A stretch of DNA of 32,000 nt from Vulcanisaeta distributa DSM 14429 (GCF_000148385.1 NC_014537.1:270001-302000), one strand, 5' to 3'. Shown: positions 1 to 9,057, counted from the first letter of the stretch. The notes: generated by a model from the letters alone, not told the origin. Program-made: numbers and translations.

Positions 1-284
1 TTTATGGCCTACTATCCACGGCGCCAATAATGCTGATAGTGTTATTAATAGTCAGGCCATACGTGAGTGGTAATACGTGGACTAAGGGCTTCGGCTATAC
101 AGTTTCGCTGGCCCCGCTTTCTTACGTAATAATACTTATTATTGCTTTCATGTACATAAGGCTTTATCAACCTGGTTTGTCAACACTATTATTACCAACG
201 GAATTCGTGGGCCTCATATTGGTTATTACCTGGTTTTTAATGGTGATGAGAGGTCTCAGGCTGGGTGTTGGTCATGAGCTATGA
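1..284 (+). CDS. hypothetical small membrane protein, probably 5'-truncated by the window edge
   Basis: The frame is open from base 3, with no stop before the first ATG at 30. The product is strongly hydrophobic. The TGA at 282-284 overlaps the next gene start. No recognisable motif. Confidence 0.35.
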   Translation, partial: YGLLSTAPIMLIVLLIVRPYVSGNTWTKGFGYTVSLAPLSYVIILIIAFMYIRLYQPGLSTLLLPTEFVGLILVITWFLMVMRGLRLGVGHEL

Positions 285-1665
285 CGTAGCCATAATAGGT
301 TCTGGGGTTGTCGGCTTGTTCATTGCGTATGAGCTTGCCCACTATAGGGTTAGGGTTTTAGTTATTGATAAGGAGGTTGAGCCTGGCTTTGGTGTTTCAA
401 AGGGTCATGCAGGTGTTATTCACGTTGTTCAACCACCATTTAACTCATTAAGGAGTAAGTTGGCAGTTGAGGGCAATAGGCTGTATGATGGTATTGCAAG
501 GAGACTTCATGTTAAGGTTAGGAGATTGAGCGCACTCCTGGTGGCTAAGAACCCAGGTCAATTAATTGCGCTACCCGCCGTGTGGTTAATCCTTAATCAC
601 GTATATGGTAAGCAGGGCTTTAGGGTTAGGGTCCTCGGTCCGCGGGGTTTACGCAGGGTTGAACCCAACGTTAGCGGCTTAGGCGCGGTCGAGGTTGATG
701 GTTATGGAGTTATAAACTCCTTCGAATTAATATCGCAATTATACAACTTTTGTAGGTTAAATGGTATTGACTTCGCCCTGAGCACAGAAGTTAGGGATGC
801 CAAGGTTCTGGGTGATGAAGTTGTCCTAGTTACGAGTAGGGGTGAGTACAGGGCTAAGTACGTGGTTAATTCCGCAGGGCTTTACTCTACGGATATTGCG
901 AGACTATTTGGCGACGAGTATAGGCTTGAGTTTGGTAAGGGCGCCATGCTAGTATTCTGGGGAGAGCAGGTGAGGAACATTGTGGCGCCACTACAATTAA
1001 TACCGAACCCAAAGACTAAGGGCGGCGCCATCATACCCACCGTGTTCGGCACAACGATATGGGGACCAAGCCTATCAATGGGCGATAGAGGCGATAGGTC
1101 AGTCAACGAGGACGACGTTAATGTGCTGAGGGAGAAATTCGGCAGGTTATTAAGGAATAAGGATTTCACACCAATAAAGGCCTATGCAGGTGTTAGGCCA
1201 ATACCTGAGGGTGATGATTTCATAATAACGTATAGTGGGTCGAGTAGGCATGTAATTCATTTAATAGGTATTGAGTCGCCTGGATTAACGTCAGCACCGG
1301 CAATAGCCAGGAGGGTTGTGGAGATGCTCAGGGAGGCAGGTGCGATGCTCACGCCCAAGGATGGTGTTAAGGAGGTCGATCCAATGGTAATGACTAGGGA
1401 TATTATTAAGGACGGTGGATTAATAAGTGGCGATCAAGGGGAGGTCGTATGCCCATGCATGGGGGTTACTAGGGCAGATATTCGTGAGGCGATTAGGCGT
1501 GGTGCTAGGACGCTTGATGGTGTAATCTTTAGGACTGGGCTTGGCATGGGTATTTGCCAGGGAATGTGCCTCGGTAGAGCGATTAAAGTTATTTCTGAGG
1601 AGCTTGGTGTAGATCCGAGGGAGTTGACAAAGTCAGGTGGTGGTTCATGGCTGGTTACACAATAG
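274..1665 (+). CDS. glpA: FAD-dependent glycerol-3-phosphate dehydrogenase-like oxidoreductase (GlpA-like) with C-terminal BFD-like [2Fe-2S] domain
   Basis: N-terminal dinucleotide fold YDVAIIGSGVVGLFIAYELA (GxGxxG). C-terminal Cys cluster CPCMGVTRADIREAIRRGARTLDGVIFRTGLGMGICQGMC is typical of the BFD-like domain of GlpA-type enzymes. It sits in an operon with a glycerol-kinase-like gene. The track start is GTG 265; ATG 274 (MSYDVAIIG...) looks more likely. Confidence 0.7.
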   Translation: MSYDVAIIGSGVVGLFIAYELAHYRVRVLVIDKEVEPGFGVSKGHAGVIHVVQPPFNSLRSKLAVEGNRLYDGIARRLHVKVRRLSALLVAKNPGQLIALPAVWLILNHVYGKQGFRVRVLGPRGLRRVEPNVSGLGAVEVDGYGVINSFELISQLYNFCRLNGIDFALSTEVRDAKVLGDEVVLVTSRGEYRAKYVVNSAGLYSTDIARLFGDEYRLEFGKGAMLVFWGEQVRNIVAPLQLIPNPKTKGGAIIPTVFGTTIWGPSLSMGDRGDRSVNEDDVNVLREKFGRLLRNKDFTPIKAYAGVRPIPEGDDFIITYSGSSRHVIHLIGIESPGLTSAPAIARRVVEMLREAGAMLTPKDGVKEVDPMVMTRDIIKDGGLISGDQGEVVCPCMGVTRADIREAIRRGARTLDGVIFRTGLGMGICQGMCLGRAIKVISEELGVDPRELTKSGGGSWLVTQ

Positions 1666-2585
1666 TTGGTGCTGGGTTAGCCGGTCTATCACTGGCTCTT
1701 GAGTTACGTAGATTGGGAGTTGAAGCTGAGATCATTGAGTATAGGGACTATATCGGTGGTATTCATTCGATAATGCCTGAAACTAAAGGTTTCATTAATG
1801 ATGCATTAAAGAACGTTAGTGCTCGGTTAAATACGACAGCGGTTAGGGTTGGTGACGCGACATACATAATTTGGAGGGGAGGTTATAGGAAGCTTGCCGG
1901 TAATGTCGTTGTAGCCACGGGGTTCAGGGTAATGACATTACCTGAGTTGGGTATCTATGGTGAGAGGCCTGCAGGGATTTATCCGCACCATGCAGTATTA
2001 GATATGTTGCATTATGAATTATTACCTGGTAAAAACGTAATTGTGTATGGCGATAATCAATACGCGCTGTCGCTGGCTGGGGAATTAACGAAGCGTGGCG
2101 CTACCGTCCACGTAGTGTCGCCAACGAAGCTTGATACCGGGGCTGTGGGAGAGGATGTTGATATTATTATTGGTAGGGTAAGGTATGTTAAGGGCATGGG
2201 GAGGGTTGAGAGAGTCCTAGTAAATAATGAGTGGGTTACCGCGGACACCCTGGTGATATCCATGTTTAGACCATTCAATCCATTTCCCGAGTTTAGGGCT
2301 GTTGGTCAAGCGGTTATTGAGACATACGACCCAAGCATCGTCATTGAGAGCGGTAGGATAATGGCTGGGGAATTAGTGAATAGGTCTGGCGAGTTTATAA
2401 TCATAGATAGTGACCTGCCCATTTACCCAGGTAATAGGGTTAGTAGGGATGTGCGTAGAGTAATAATTCCCTGTAGGGGGTGTAGGGTCATGGTTAATGA
2501 TAGAGAGTACGTCATTAATAATGATGCCGCCATTATTGAATTACCAGATGTTGATAAGGTGATTATTAGGAGGGTGGTTTCATGA
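1647..2585 (+). CDS. NAD(P)/FAD-dependent oxidoreductase, probable second subunit of the G3P dehydrogenase complex
   Basis: N-terminal YTIVGAGLAGLSLALEL (GxGxxG) plus a second degenerate dinucleotide site VIVYGDNQYALSLAGEL. Overlaps the upstream gene by 19 nt and the downstream gene by 4 nt (ATGA). The C-terminal ~70 aa carries a CxxC (PCRGC). Confidence 0.55.
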   Translation: MAGYTIVGAGLAGLSLALELRRLGVEAEIIEYRDYIGGIHSIMPETKGFINDALKNVSARLNTTAVRVGDATYIIWRGGYRKLAGNVVVATGFRVMTLPELGIYGERPAGIYPHHAVLDMLHYELLPGKNVIVYGDNQYALSLAGELTKRGATVHVVSPTKLDTGAVGEDVDIIIGRVRYVKGMGRVERVLVNNEWVTADTLVISMFRPFNPFPEFRAVGQAVIETYDPSIVIESGRIMAGELVNRSGEFIIIDSDLPIYPGNRVSRDVRRVIIPCRGCRVMVNDREYVINNDAAIIELPDVDKVIIRRVVS

Positions 2586-3988
2586 GTCTTGGGGTAATTG
2601 ATGTTGGTACTACGAATATTAAGCTCATAATATATGACGAAGAGCTTAACCAGAGATATTCAGAAACCGTAAATGTACCGATGGCATTCCCCGGCAATTA
2701 CCGCGTTGAGCAGGATGCAAACGCACTTAGGTCTGCCTTCAATCACTTAGTTAGCACGGCTAGGGACAGGGGCGTTAAGTACCTAGGCATCTCAACCTAT
2801 AGGGCATCAGTACTTGCGTGGGATAGGTCTGGTAATCCACTAATAAACATAATCACGTGGTTGGATAGGAGGGGTCTGGAAATCGTTAATAAGTTCCCAT
2901 ACTCAATCATGAGACATTTACCATTACTGAGCAGCATCTTAATACCGACATCACCAGTAGTACAAATACTCTGGCTATTAAGGAATAGGCGGGGCTTAAT
3001 TGAACGTGTAAGGAGGGGGGAGGTCTTCATTGGTACGTTAAGTTCGTACTTAGCATACATAATTGGTAATAGGTATGTTAATGATGCCAGTAATGAGGCG
3101 TTAACTGGACTGTGGCATCCAGGTAATTTTAGGAGGATTGATGCGGTATATGAATTATTGGGAATACCTAGGGAGGTGGGGCCTGATGTTGTTGATAACA
3201 TTCATGAGTTCGGTGAGGTTAATGGAATGAGGGTTGGGGTCTTAATAGCTGATCAACAGGCAGCGATGGTTGGTGAGGGCTGCCTAAGCATTGGTTGTGG
3301 TAAGGTCACTAACGGTACTGGCTCCTTCGTGGATGCAGTCACTGATAAGTTTAGGCTCGCTGGCGGTGGTTTACTACCACTCCTCATACTTAAGTACGGT
3401 AACACGGTGTATTACGGAATTGAGGGCTTCCTGCCGGCGACTGGTTCAGTAATTGATTGGTTAATTAAGCTTGGGTTACTATCTTCACCGCAGGAGTTAG
3501 ATGGTTTAGTCAATGTTGATACTCAGGGCATAGTGGTTGTACCGGCGTTGGCAGGTGTTAATGTACCACCAAGGCCATGCGCCAGGGGCTTAATTGATGG
3601 CCTGACACTTAATACCACGAGGGAGTCCTTCGTGAGAGCAGTTATTGAGGGTATCGTTCAATTAATAGGCCTTATTTTCGACAAAATTAGGAATTACTCA
3701 AGGGTTAATGTCGTTAGGGTTGACGGTGGTTTATCAAGGAGCGTATTATTCCTTAAGTTATTGGCTACGGCATTGGATACCGCCGTTGAGAGGCAGAGGG
3801 ATGTGGAGGCAACGGCTAGGGGTGTTGCGGCATTATTGAAGGTTTTTAGGGGTGATTGGTCATTAAACGACATTATTAAGGGGGCCCACGTTAATGTGGA
3901 GTTACGTATTAAGCCTGGTGAGGAGAAACTATCATTAAGTAGGGATGTTGTTAGGAGGATTGTTGAGGGGATGAGATGCAGAATGTGA
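2582..3988 (+). CDS. glpK: FGGY-family carbohydrate kinase, glycerol kinase-like
   Basis: N-terminal LGVIDVGTTNIKLIIYD (the FGGY phosphate-1 motif) and ADQQAAMVGEG (the GDQQAALFG-type motif of glycerol kinases). At 468 aa it is slightly short for GlpK. Translationally coupled to the G3P dehydrogenase genes. Confidence 0.65.
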   Translation: MSLGVIDVGTTNIKLIIYDEELNQRYSETVNVPMAFPGNYRVEQDANALRSAFNHLVSTARDRGVKYLGISTYRASVLAWDRSGNPLINIITWLDRRGLEIVNKFPYSIMRHLPLLSSILIPTSPVVQILWLLRNRRGLIERVRRGEVFIGTLSSYLAYIIGNRYVNDASNEALTGLWHPGNFRRIDAVYELLGIPREVGPDVVDNIHEFGEVNGMRVGVLIADQQAAMVGEGCLSIGCGKVTNGTGSFVDAVTDKFRLAGGGLLPLLILKYGNTVYYGIEGFLPATGSVIDWLIKLGLLSSPQELDGLVNVDTQGIVVVPALAGVNVPPRPCARGLIDGLTLNTTRESFVRAVIEGIVQLIGLIFDKIRNYSRVNVVRVDGGLSRSVLFLKLLATALDTAVERQRDVEATARGVAALLKVFRGDWSLNDIIKGAHVNVELRIKPGEEKLSLSRDVVRRIVEGMRCRM

Positions 3989-5376
3989 TTGAAAGGTTAA
4001 TCAATGCACTGGGTCGTGATAGGGTGATAACGAGTAATGATGTTTTAAGGAAGTATTCCAGGGACTTTTGGCCCCTATTAATGATGCGTGAGCAGGTGTT
4101 TAACGAGGAATTACCAATGCCTCTCGCGGTTGTCGTGCCTGAGAGTGTAAATGATGTATCACTGGCCTTAAGGATAATTAATGAGGGTAATGACGTAGTG
4201 CCTGTGGTTGTTTATGGCGGCGGTTCAAGCGTTACGGGTGCCTCATACGGTGCCGGATCAATAATCATTGACATGTCTAAATTGAATAGGGTCATAGACA
4301 TTAATACCTATGACTCGTTGGTAACCGTTGAGGCTGGTGCAAGGCTGAGGGATGTTGAGACTAGGCTAAATGAGGTGGGTTATAGCCTTAGGCATATTCC
4401 GCAATCATTCAATTACGCAACAATAGGAGGCCTAATAGCGACGATGAGCTCAGGTCAGTATAGCACATTGTATGGCAATATAGAGGACATGGTAATAAAC
4501 CTGGAGGTCGTCCTACCCAATGGTGAAATAACCTGGTTAAGGAGTAATAACGTTCCACGTGCATCCACCGGTCCATCGCTTAAGTACCTATTTATTGGTT
4601 CGGAGGGCATGCTCGGCGTGATCACAAAGGCTGTGCTTAGGATCGTACCATTACCAACATCCACAATATACGGCGCATACTCATTTAAAACCCTTGAGCA
4701 GGGTGTGGAGGCCCTTAGGGAATTAATGATTAAGAGAGTTATTCCTGCCATTGCCAGGTTATACGATGATAATGAGGCGGCACTTAGGTTTAGCATTAAC
4801 GAACCATTACTAATAATAAGCTTTGAGGGCTACTATGACGACATAGTACAGGCCCTATGGAGGAGGGCTGATGAAATTATTAAGAGCCATGGCGGAGAAT
4901 ATGTGGGGAGTAAGTACTTCGAGGATTGGTTAAGGACCAGGTTTAATGTTGAGGAGGAAATAGAAATGATTAAGATGTACGGCCTGTGGTTTGACACAAT
5001 CGAGGTCTCAACCATCTGGTCTAGGGTTAATCAATTGTATAGGGACTTCAGGGAATCCCTGCTCAGGGTTAACGGTGTTGTGGGCGTCATGGCCCATATA
5101 TCGCACCTCTACATCAATGGCGCATGCATATACTTCACGGTACTATTCAAACCTAATGTAAACACCTACTGGGAGCTATGGAGTAGGGCAATGGAGGTTA
5201 CATTAAGGAATGGCGGATCCATAAGCCATCACCACGGCATTGGTATTGTGAGGTCTAGGTGGCTAGGCCGTGAACTTGGCAATGCACTTAACATACTAAG
5301 AACAATAAAGACCGCATTAGATAATAAGGGGGTATTGAACACAAAGAGCAATATGTTCTTTACAACTGAAAGATAA
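3976..5376 (+). CDS. FAD-linked oxidase (FAD_binding_4 type; GlcD / alkyl-DHAP-synthase-like)
   Basis: VVVPESVNDVSLALRII...VVVYGGGSSVTGAS is typical of the PCMH-type FAD-binding domain. The C-terminal GGSISHHHGIGIVRSRW signature is present. Overlaps the kinase gene by 13 nt. Confidence 0.7.
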   Translation: MQNVIERLINALGRDRVITSNDVLRKYSRDFWPLLMMREQVFNEELPMPLAVVVPESVNDVSLALRIINEGNDVVPVVVYGGGSSVTGASYGAGSIIIDMSKLNRVIDINTYDSLVTVEAGARLRDVETRLNEVGYSLRHIPQSFNYATIGGLIATMSSGQYSTLYGNIEDMVINLEVVLPNGEITWLRSNNVPRASTGPSLKYLFIGSEGMLGVITKAVLRIVPLPTSTIYGAYSFKTLEQGVEALRELMIKRVIPAIARLYDDNEAALRFSINEPLLIISFEGYYDDIVQALWRRADEIIKSHGGEYVGSKYFEDWLRTRFNVEEEIEMIKMYGLWFDTIEVSTIWSRVNQLYRDFRESLLRVNGVVGVMAHISHLYINGACIYFTVLFKPNVNTYWELWSRAMEVTLRNGGSISHHHGIGIVRSRWLGRELGNALNILRTIKTALDNKGVLNTKSNMFFTTER

Positions 5377-5450
5377 CTGAAAGTCTTGCCCCTTTAAGAT
5401 AAGAGGGGGCCAATGATTCGATAGAATCTCGTAGTAAAATTTAACAATGA

Positions 5451-5690
5451 TTTAGTAAATTAAGTTATAAGGTTACTAGGGATTACCGGGTTACGATACC
5501 CGCGGGCATTAGGGGGAGGCTCGGGATTAAGGTTGGTGATTTGTTAATTGTTTATGTTGAGGATGATAAGATCGTATTTAGGAAATTATCAGGTAATAGA
5601 AAGAGACTTACATTTGGTAGGAAGTTAACGCTTGAGGACATTGAAGCTGGTATTGAAAGGGGTGCACTAAATAGTGGAGGCAATAGTTGA
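5451..5690 (+). CDS. AbrB/SpoVT-fold antitoxin-like protein (VapB-like); no canonical start codon in the open frame
   Basis: Not in the ORF track. The frame opens after TGA 5448-5450 and reads ...KVTRDYRVTIPAGIRGRLGIKVGDLLIVYVEDDKIVFRKL...*, the classic looped-hinge AbrB pattern (xTIPxxIRxxLGIxxGD). No ATG/GTG/TTG lies upstream of the domain, so it is either start-defective or uses an unusual start. Confidence 0.5.
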   Translation, partial: FSKLSYKVTRDYRVTIPAGIRGRLGIKVGDLLIVYVEDDKIVFRKLSGNRKRLTFGRKLTLEDIEAGIERGALNSGGNS

Positions 5691-5754
5691 TACCAAGGCC
5701 GTAATTCTCGACTTATTCACCGATTCGGATTCAGTAATGAGGGTTCGGGTTTGA
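5674..5754 (+). pseudogene. truncated PIN-domain (VapC-like) N-terminal remnant
   Basis: A GTG overlaps the AbrB-like stop region and reads MEAIVDTKAVILDLFTDSDSVMRVRV*. The xxIVDTxxxI start is typical of VapC, but the frame stops after 26 codons. Confidence 0.3.
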
Positions 5755-5810
5755 GGATACTGCCGTATTCCCAAATTTTATTTTCATTATTTATTTTTTA
5801 GTATCAATTC

Positions 5811-6152
5811 TTAGACGTCGATTTCGAGAAATCCATCTTGGGTAACCCTGACCTTATACGTTGGTAATGGCGCCTTTACATCGGCATACTCACACTTCAC
5901 GTCAGGCCTGACCTGCGGCTTCTCTATCATCTCGCCGGTCCTAACATCATACTTAGCCAGGTGTGCTGGGCATGTGGCTACGTAACCATTGACATCCGTC
6001 AATAGGGCGCACCCCATGTGGGCGCATATGGCGAGCATTCCGTAGTAATTGTCACCGTACTTAACCACGAGTATTGGCTTGTTATCAACCCAGGTGATCA
6101 CGGAGTTCCTCCTTTCAAAGACCTTAACCAGTATGGATACCCTCCTCCACAT
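5811..6152 (-). CDS. Rieske [2Fe-2S] domain protein (small Rieske-type ferredoxin)
   Basis: The CxH...CxxH motif pair is present: ICAHMGCALL and TCPAHLAKYD. The product is a single 113-aa domain. Confidence 0.8.
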   Translation of the reverse strand: MWRRVSILVKVFERRNSVITWVDNKPILVVKYGDNYYGMLAICAHMGCALLTDVNGYVATCPAHLAKYDVRTGEMIEKPQVRPDVKCEYADVKAPLPTYKVRVTQDGFLEIDV

Positions 6153-6219
6153 GACAAGACCTGGGGCATAGGCACTAATTAATTAAGTTTATTGCACAGA
6201 GACGAGCCAAAATAACTAG

Positions 6220-6345
6220 TTGAGGATACTCACACGGGGATTACGGAATACGATACGCATTAGCGCCATGATTACGGTGAGAGAACCGAGAGAGTTTAGG
6301 GAGACCAGAGGTGGGTACTCCAGCACCATTAAGCTAGTGCGGTGA
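6220..6345 (+). pseudogene. degenerate second copy of the AbrB-like gene 5' end
   Basis: The TTG-initiated 41-codon frame MRILTRGLRNTIRISAMITV... aligns in frame, at DNA and protein level, with KVTRDYRVTIPAGIR of the 5451-5690 gene (gggattac..tacgatac..attag shared). It has a 6-nt deletion and no similarity afterwards. Confidence 0.25.
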
Positions 6346-6383
6346 GTTGAGGTAATGTGTAAATGTAGTAAAAATAAGGTCTC

Positions 6384-6737
6384 TCACTTCATTAGCATCC
6401 TGGCGGGGCGTAACTCCCTCCTGAATGGATCAAGGACTAGCCCGAATATCTCGAGCGTGACTGTACCGAGTAGGTTCTCATCCTCTGTCTCACCGAGTAC
6501 AACCGGCGTGTGTCTCTCACCGTAACCCCTCAGCTCAATCACGGCTTCCGAGACCCACCGCCTAATCACCGTACCATCGGCAAGGACGAACTCCATCTCC
6601 TGCATGGGCTTAAGTCCAAGGTACTCCCAAACATCCCTCCTTAAAACGGTATACACCGCGCCCGAGTCGACAAGTAGCTTAACCGGTACGGACTTATCCC
6701 CATGCTTAACCACGGCATCAACATATACCAAGCCCAT
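6384..6737 (-). CDS. retropepsin-like (clan AA) aspartic protease, single-domain
   Basis: KLLVDSGAVYTVL carries the D-S-G-A catalytic motif. Size (117 aa) and the C-terminal LLGTVTLEIFGLVLDP match small prokaryotic retropepsin-like proteins. It is a paralog of 16506-16853. Confidence 0.7.
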   Translation of the reverse strand: MGLVYVDAVVKHGDKSVPVKLLVDSGAVYTVLRRDVWEYLGLKPMQEMEFVLADGTVIRRWVSEAVIELRGYGERHTPVVLGETEDENLLGTVTLEIFGLVLDPFRRELRPARMLMK

Positions 6738-6763
6738 AGACAGCTTACGCAGTATTGGTAACT

Positions 6764-7864
6764 TTAATTATAAACCTTAATGACCCTGTACCAATTATCC
6801 CTCTCCGCAGGTGTTAAACCTAAGCCCTTAATTAAATTAATGAGGGTATCTCTGGTGAGTATGGGCATCTTAAGTCCCGTGGCTGGTATAACCCTCTCCT
6901 CATAGAGTGTGCCGCCGAAGTCATTGGCGCCGAACTTAAGGGCCAATTGCGCAACCTCTAGCCCATTTGTTAACCAACTCGACTGTATATTGGGCAACTC
7001 GTTCTTAAACACGAGCCTGGCCACGGCAACTACCCTCAAGAGTGTGGCTGAGGTCAGTGGGTACGGGACCTCCCTGGTCAACTCGCTATTGCCTGGCTCG
7101 AAGTTCCAGGCGGTGAATGACAGGAATCCGTGAGTCCTCCTCTGAAGCTCAATTATCCTATATAGGTGCTCAGCCCAGTCGCTCATGGTCTCCACGTGGC
7201 CGTACATCATGGTCGCATTGCTCATTATGCCCATCCTATGCGCCGTCTCCATTATGTTTAGCCAGGTGTCCGCATCTATCTTGTGCGGCGCTATGGCCCT
7301 CCTCACCCTATCAACGAGTATCTCACCACCACCGCCGGCCAGCGTATCCATGCCAGCGCCCCTAAGCCTATCAAGGACCTCCGCATAACTCATCCTATGC
7401 TTCCTGGCCAGGTAATCAACCTCTATTGGGCTTAACCCGTGAATAGCGACATGAGGCAACTTAGCCTTTAATGCCTTGAATAACCCCTCGTAATACTCAA
7501 TATCCAGCTCGGGGTTTATACCTCCCTGGACCAGGACCTGCCTAATACCGAACTCCCTATCAATGGCCGCAACCCTACGCACAGCCTCCTCAACACTCAA
7601 TGTATAGGCCTCCGGGTGTCCAGGCAGTCTATAAAAGGCGCAGAACCTGCAGGCTATTACGCACACATTCGTGTAGTTAAGTATCATGTTTGGTATGAAG
7701 GTGACTACATTACCAAAGTACTTCCTGGTCAGGTACTCGGCGGCGGATCCGAGCTCCCATAAATCGGCCCTAAACAACTCCTCAATATCGTGCGGATCTA
7801 ACCGCTCTTCATAAACGGCCTTCTCAACAACAGGACTCCAATTATTGGCCACGTCATTACGCAT
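6764..7864 (-). CDS. radical SAM enzyme of the MqnC/MqnE (CofH-like) family, futalosine pathway
   Basis: CVIACRFCAFY (CxxxCxxC radical SAM cluster), about 366 aa, with an NATMMYGHVE and GANDFGGT type C-terminal half. Divergent from a paralog and next to mqnA/mqnD. MqnC and MqnE cannot be separated by eye. Confidence 0.75.
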   Translation of the reverse strand: MRNDVANNWSPVVEKAVYEERLDPHDIEELFRADLWELGSAAEYLTRKYFGNVVTFIPNMILNYTNVCVIACRFCAFYRLPGHPEAYTLSVEEAVRRVAAIDREFGIRQVLVQGGINPELDIEYYEGLFKALKAKLPHVAIHGLSPIEVDYLARKHRMSYAEVLDRLRGAGMDTLAGGGGEILVDRVRRAIAPHKIDADTWLNIMETAHRMGIMSNATMMYGHVETMSDWAEHLYRIIELQRRTHGFLSFTAWNFEPGNSELTREVPYPLTSATLLRVVAVARLVFKNELPNIQSSWLTNGLEVAQLALKFGANDFGGTLYEERVIPATGLKMPILTRDTLINLIKGLGLTPAERDNWYRVIKVYN

Positions 7865-7963
7865 TGAACAGCATTATTTAAGTTATTACGTGTTGCGCCA
7901 TGGTGAGGTAAATAGTATAAAAATACCAATGCTTAAAAGGGATGTAGTTACTAACACGGTGTC

Positions 7964-9055
7964 ATGTGTACAATAGATGATTTACGTAATGCCATAATCA
8001 ACGGCATTACTAAATCTGATGCCGAAAAATTCATGGTAGAATGTGACTTTAAGGACTTAGCCCGTGTCGCGAATGAGCTTACGAGGAAGATAACCGGTGA
8101 TACTGCGACCGTGGTTAACAACGTCGTGATTAACTACTCAAACATATGCGTGGCCCAGTGCCCAATATGCGCCTTCTACAGACCCAGGGGTCACCCAGAG
8201 GCCTATGTTAGAACCCCTGAGGAGATAACAAAGGGCGTGCTAGAGGCCAAGGCTCGCTTTGGCGTAACGGAGCTCCACATAAATGGCGGCTTCAACCCAG
8301 ACCTAGGCATTGAGTATTTCGAGGAGGTGTTTAGGTCCGTTAAGAGGGCGGCTCCTGACGTAATTATTAAGGGGCCAACGGCCGCAGAAATAGACTTCTA
8401 TGCCAGGGTTTGGAGGATGAGTACTAGGGAGGTGCTTGAGAGGTTCAAGGCGGCGGGACTTGACGTGCTCAGTGGGGGTGGTGCGGAGATACTTAATGAG
8501 GAGGTTAGGAGGGTGATAACTCCGTACAAGTTCAATGCAGAGACCTGGCTCAGGATTCAGGAGGAGGCCCACAGGGTTGGGCTTATGAGTAATGCCACGA
8601 TGCTCTACGGCCACATCGAGAAACCAAACCACATTGTTGAACACGTCTTCGCGATTAAGGAGGTTCAGGAGAGGACTCATGGAATACTCCTCTTCATACC
8701 AATAAAATTCGTTCCCTGGAACACAAAATTGTATAGGGATGGTTTGGTTAAGGGGCCCGCGCCGGCGGAGTATGACGTGAAGGTCATAGCCATTTCAAGG
8801 CTAATACTCGGCGATACCATAAGAAGGATAGGCGCGTACTGGGTCTCAACGGGTAAGAGGTTGGCTTCGACATTACTAATGGCCGGCGCCAACGACCTAG
8901 TGGGTACAATGATAAATGAGCAAGTGCTCAGGCAGGCAGGTTCTAAGGAGTCCGTGACTCTTGGGGAATTGGCGCACATAGCCCGTGAGGCGGGTTTGAG
9001 GTTATTCCTTAGGGACACGTTCCATAGAATAATCACTGAGGTGGGTAGTGCCTAG
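7964..9055 (+). CDS. radical SAM enzyme of the MqnC/MqnE (CofH-like) family, futalosine pathway
   Basis: CVAQCPICAFY (CxxxCxxC), NATMLYGHIE, GANDLVGT. It is a paralog of 6764-7864 and is followed 2 nt later by mqnA. Confidence 0.75.
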   Translation: MCTIDDLRNAIINGITKSDAEKFMVECDFKDLARVANELTRKITGDTATVVNNVVINYSNICVAQCPICAFYRPRGHPEAYVRTPEEITKGVLEAKARFGVTELHINGGFNPDLGIEYFEEVFRSVKRAAPDVIIKGPTAAEIDFYARVWRMSTREVLERFKAAGLDVLSGGGAEILNEEVRRVITPYKFNAETWLRIQEEAHRVGLMSNATMLYGHIEKPNHIVEHVFAIKEVQERTHGILLFIPIKFVPWNTKLYRDGLVKGPAPAEYDVKVIAISRLILGDTIRRIGAYWVSTGKRLASTLLMAGANDLVGTMINEQVLRQAGSKESVTLGELAHIAREAGLRLFLRDTFHRIITEVGSA

Positions 9056-9057
9056 GG

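Noticed and set aside
5388-5410. A GC hairpin (gcccct...gggggc) 12 nt after the FAD oxidase stop, considered as a terminator.
   Set aside because: The stem has only 5-6 bp including a G-U pair, and there is no following T-run. Archaeal termination relies mainly on oligo-T.
5764-6252. An 8-nt inverted match (CGTATTCC at 5764-5771 vs GGAATACG at 6245-6252) next to the 11-bp direct repeats, considered as evidence for an inversion.
   Set aside because: An 8-mer is within chance expectation given how many positions I inspected. The model did not reconstruct a sensible ancestral sequence.
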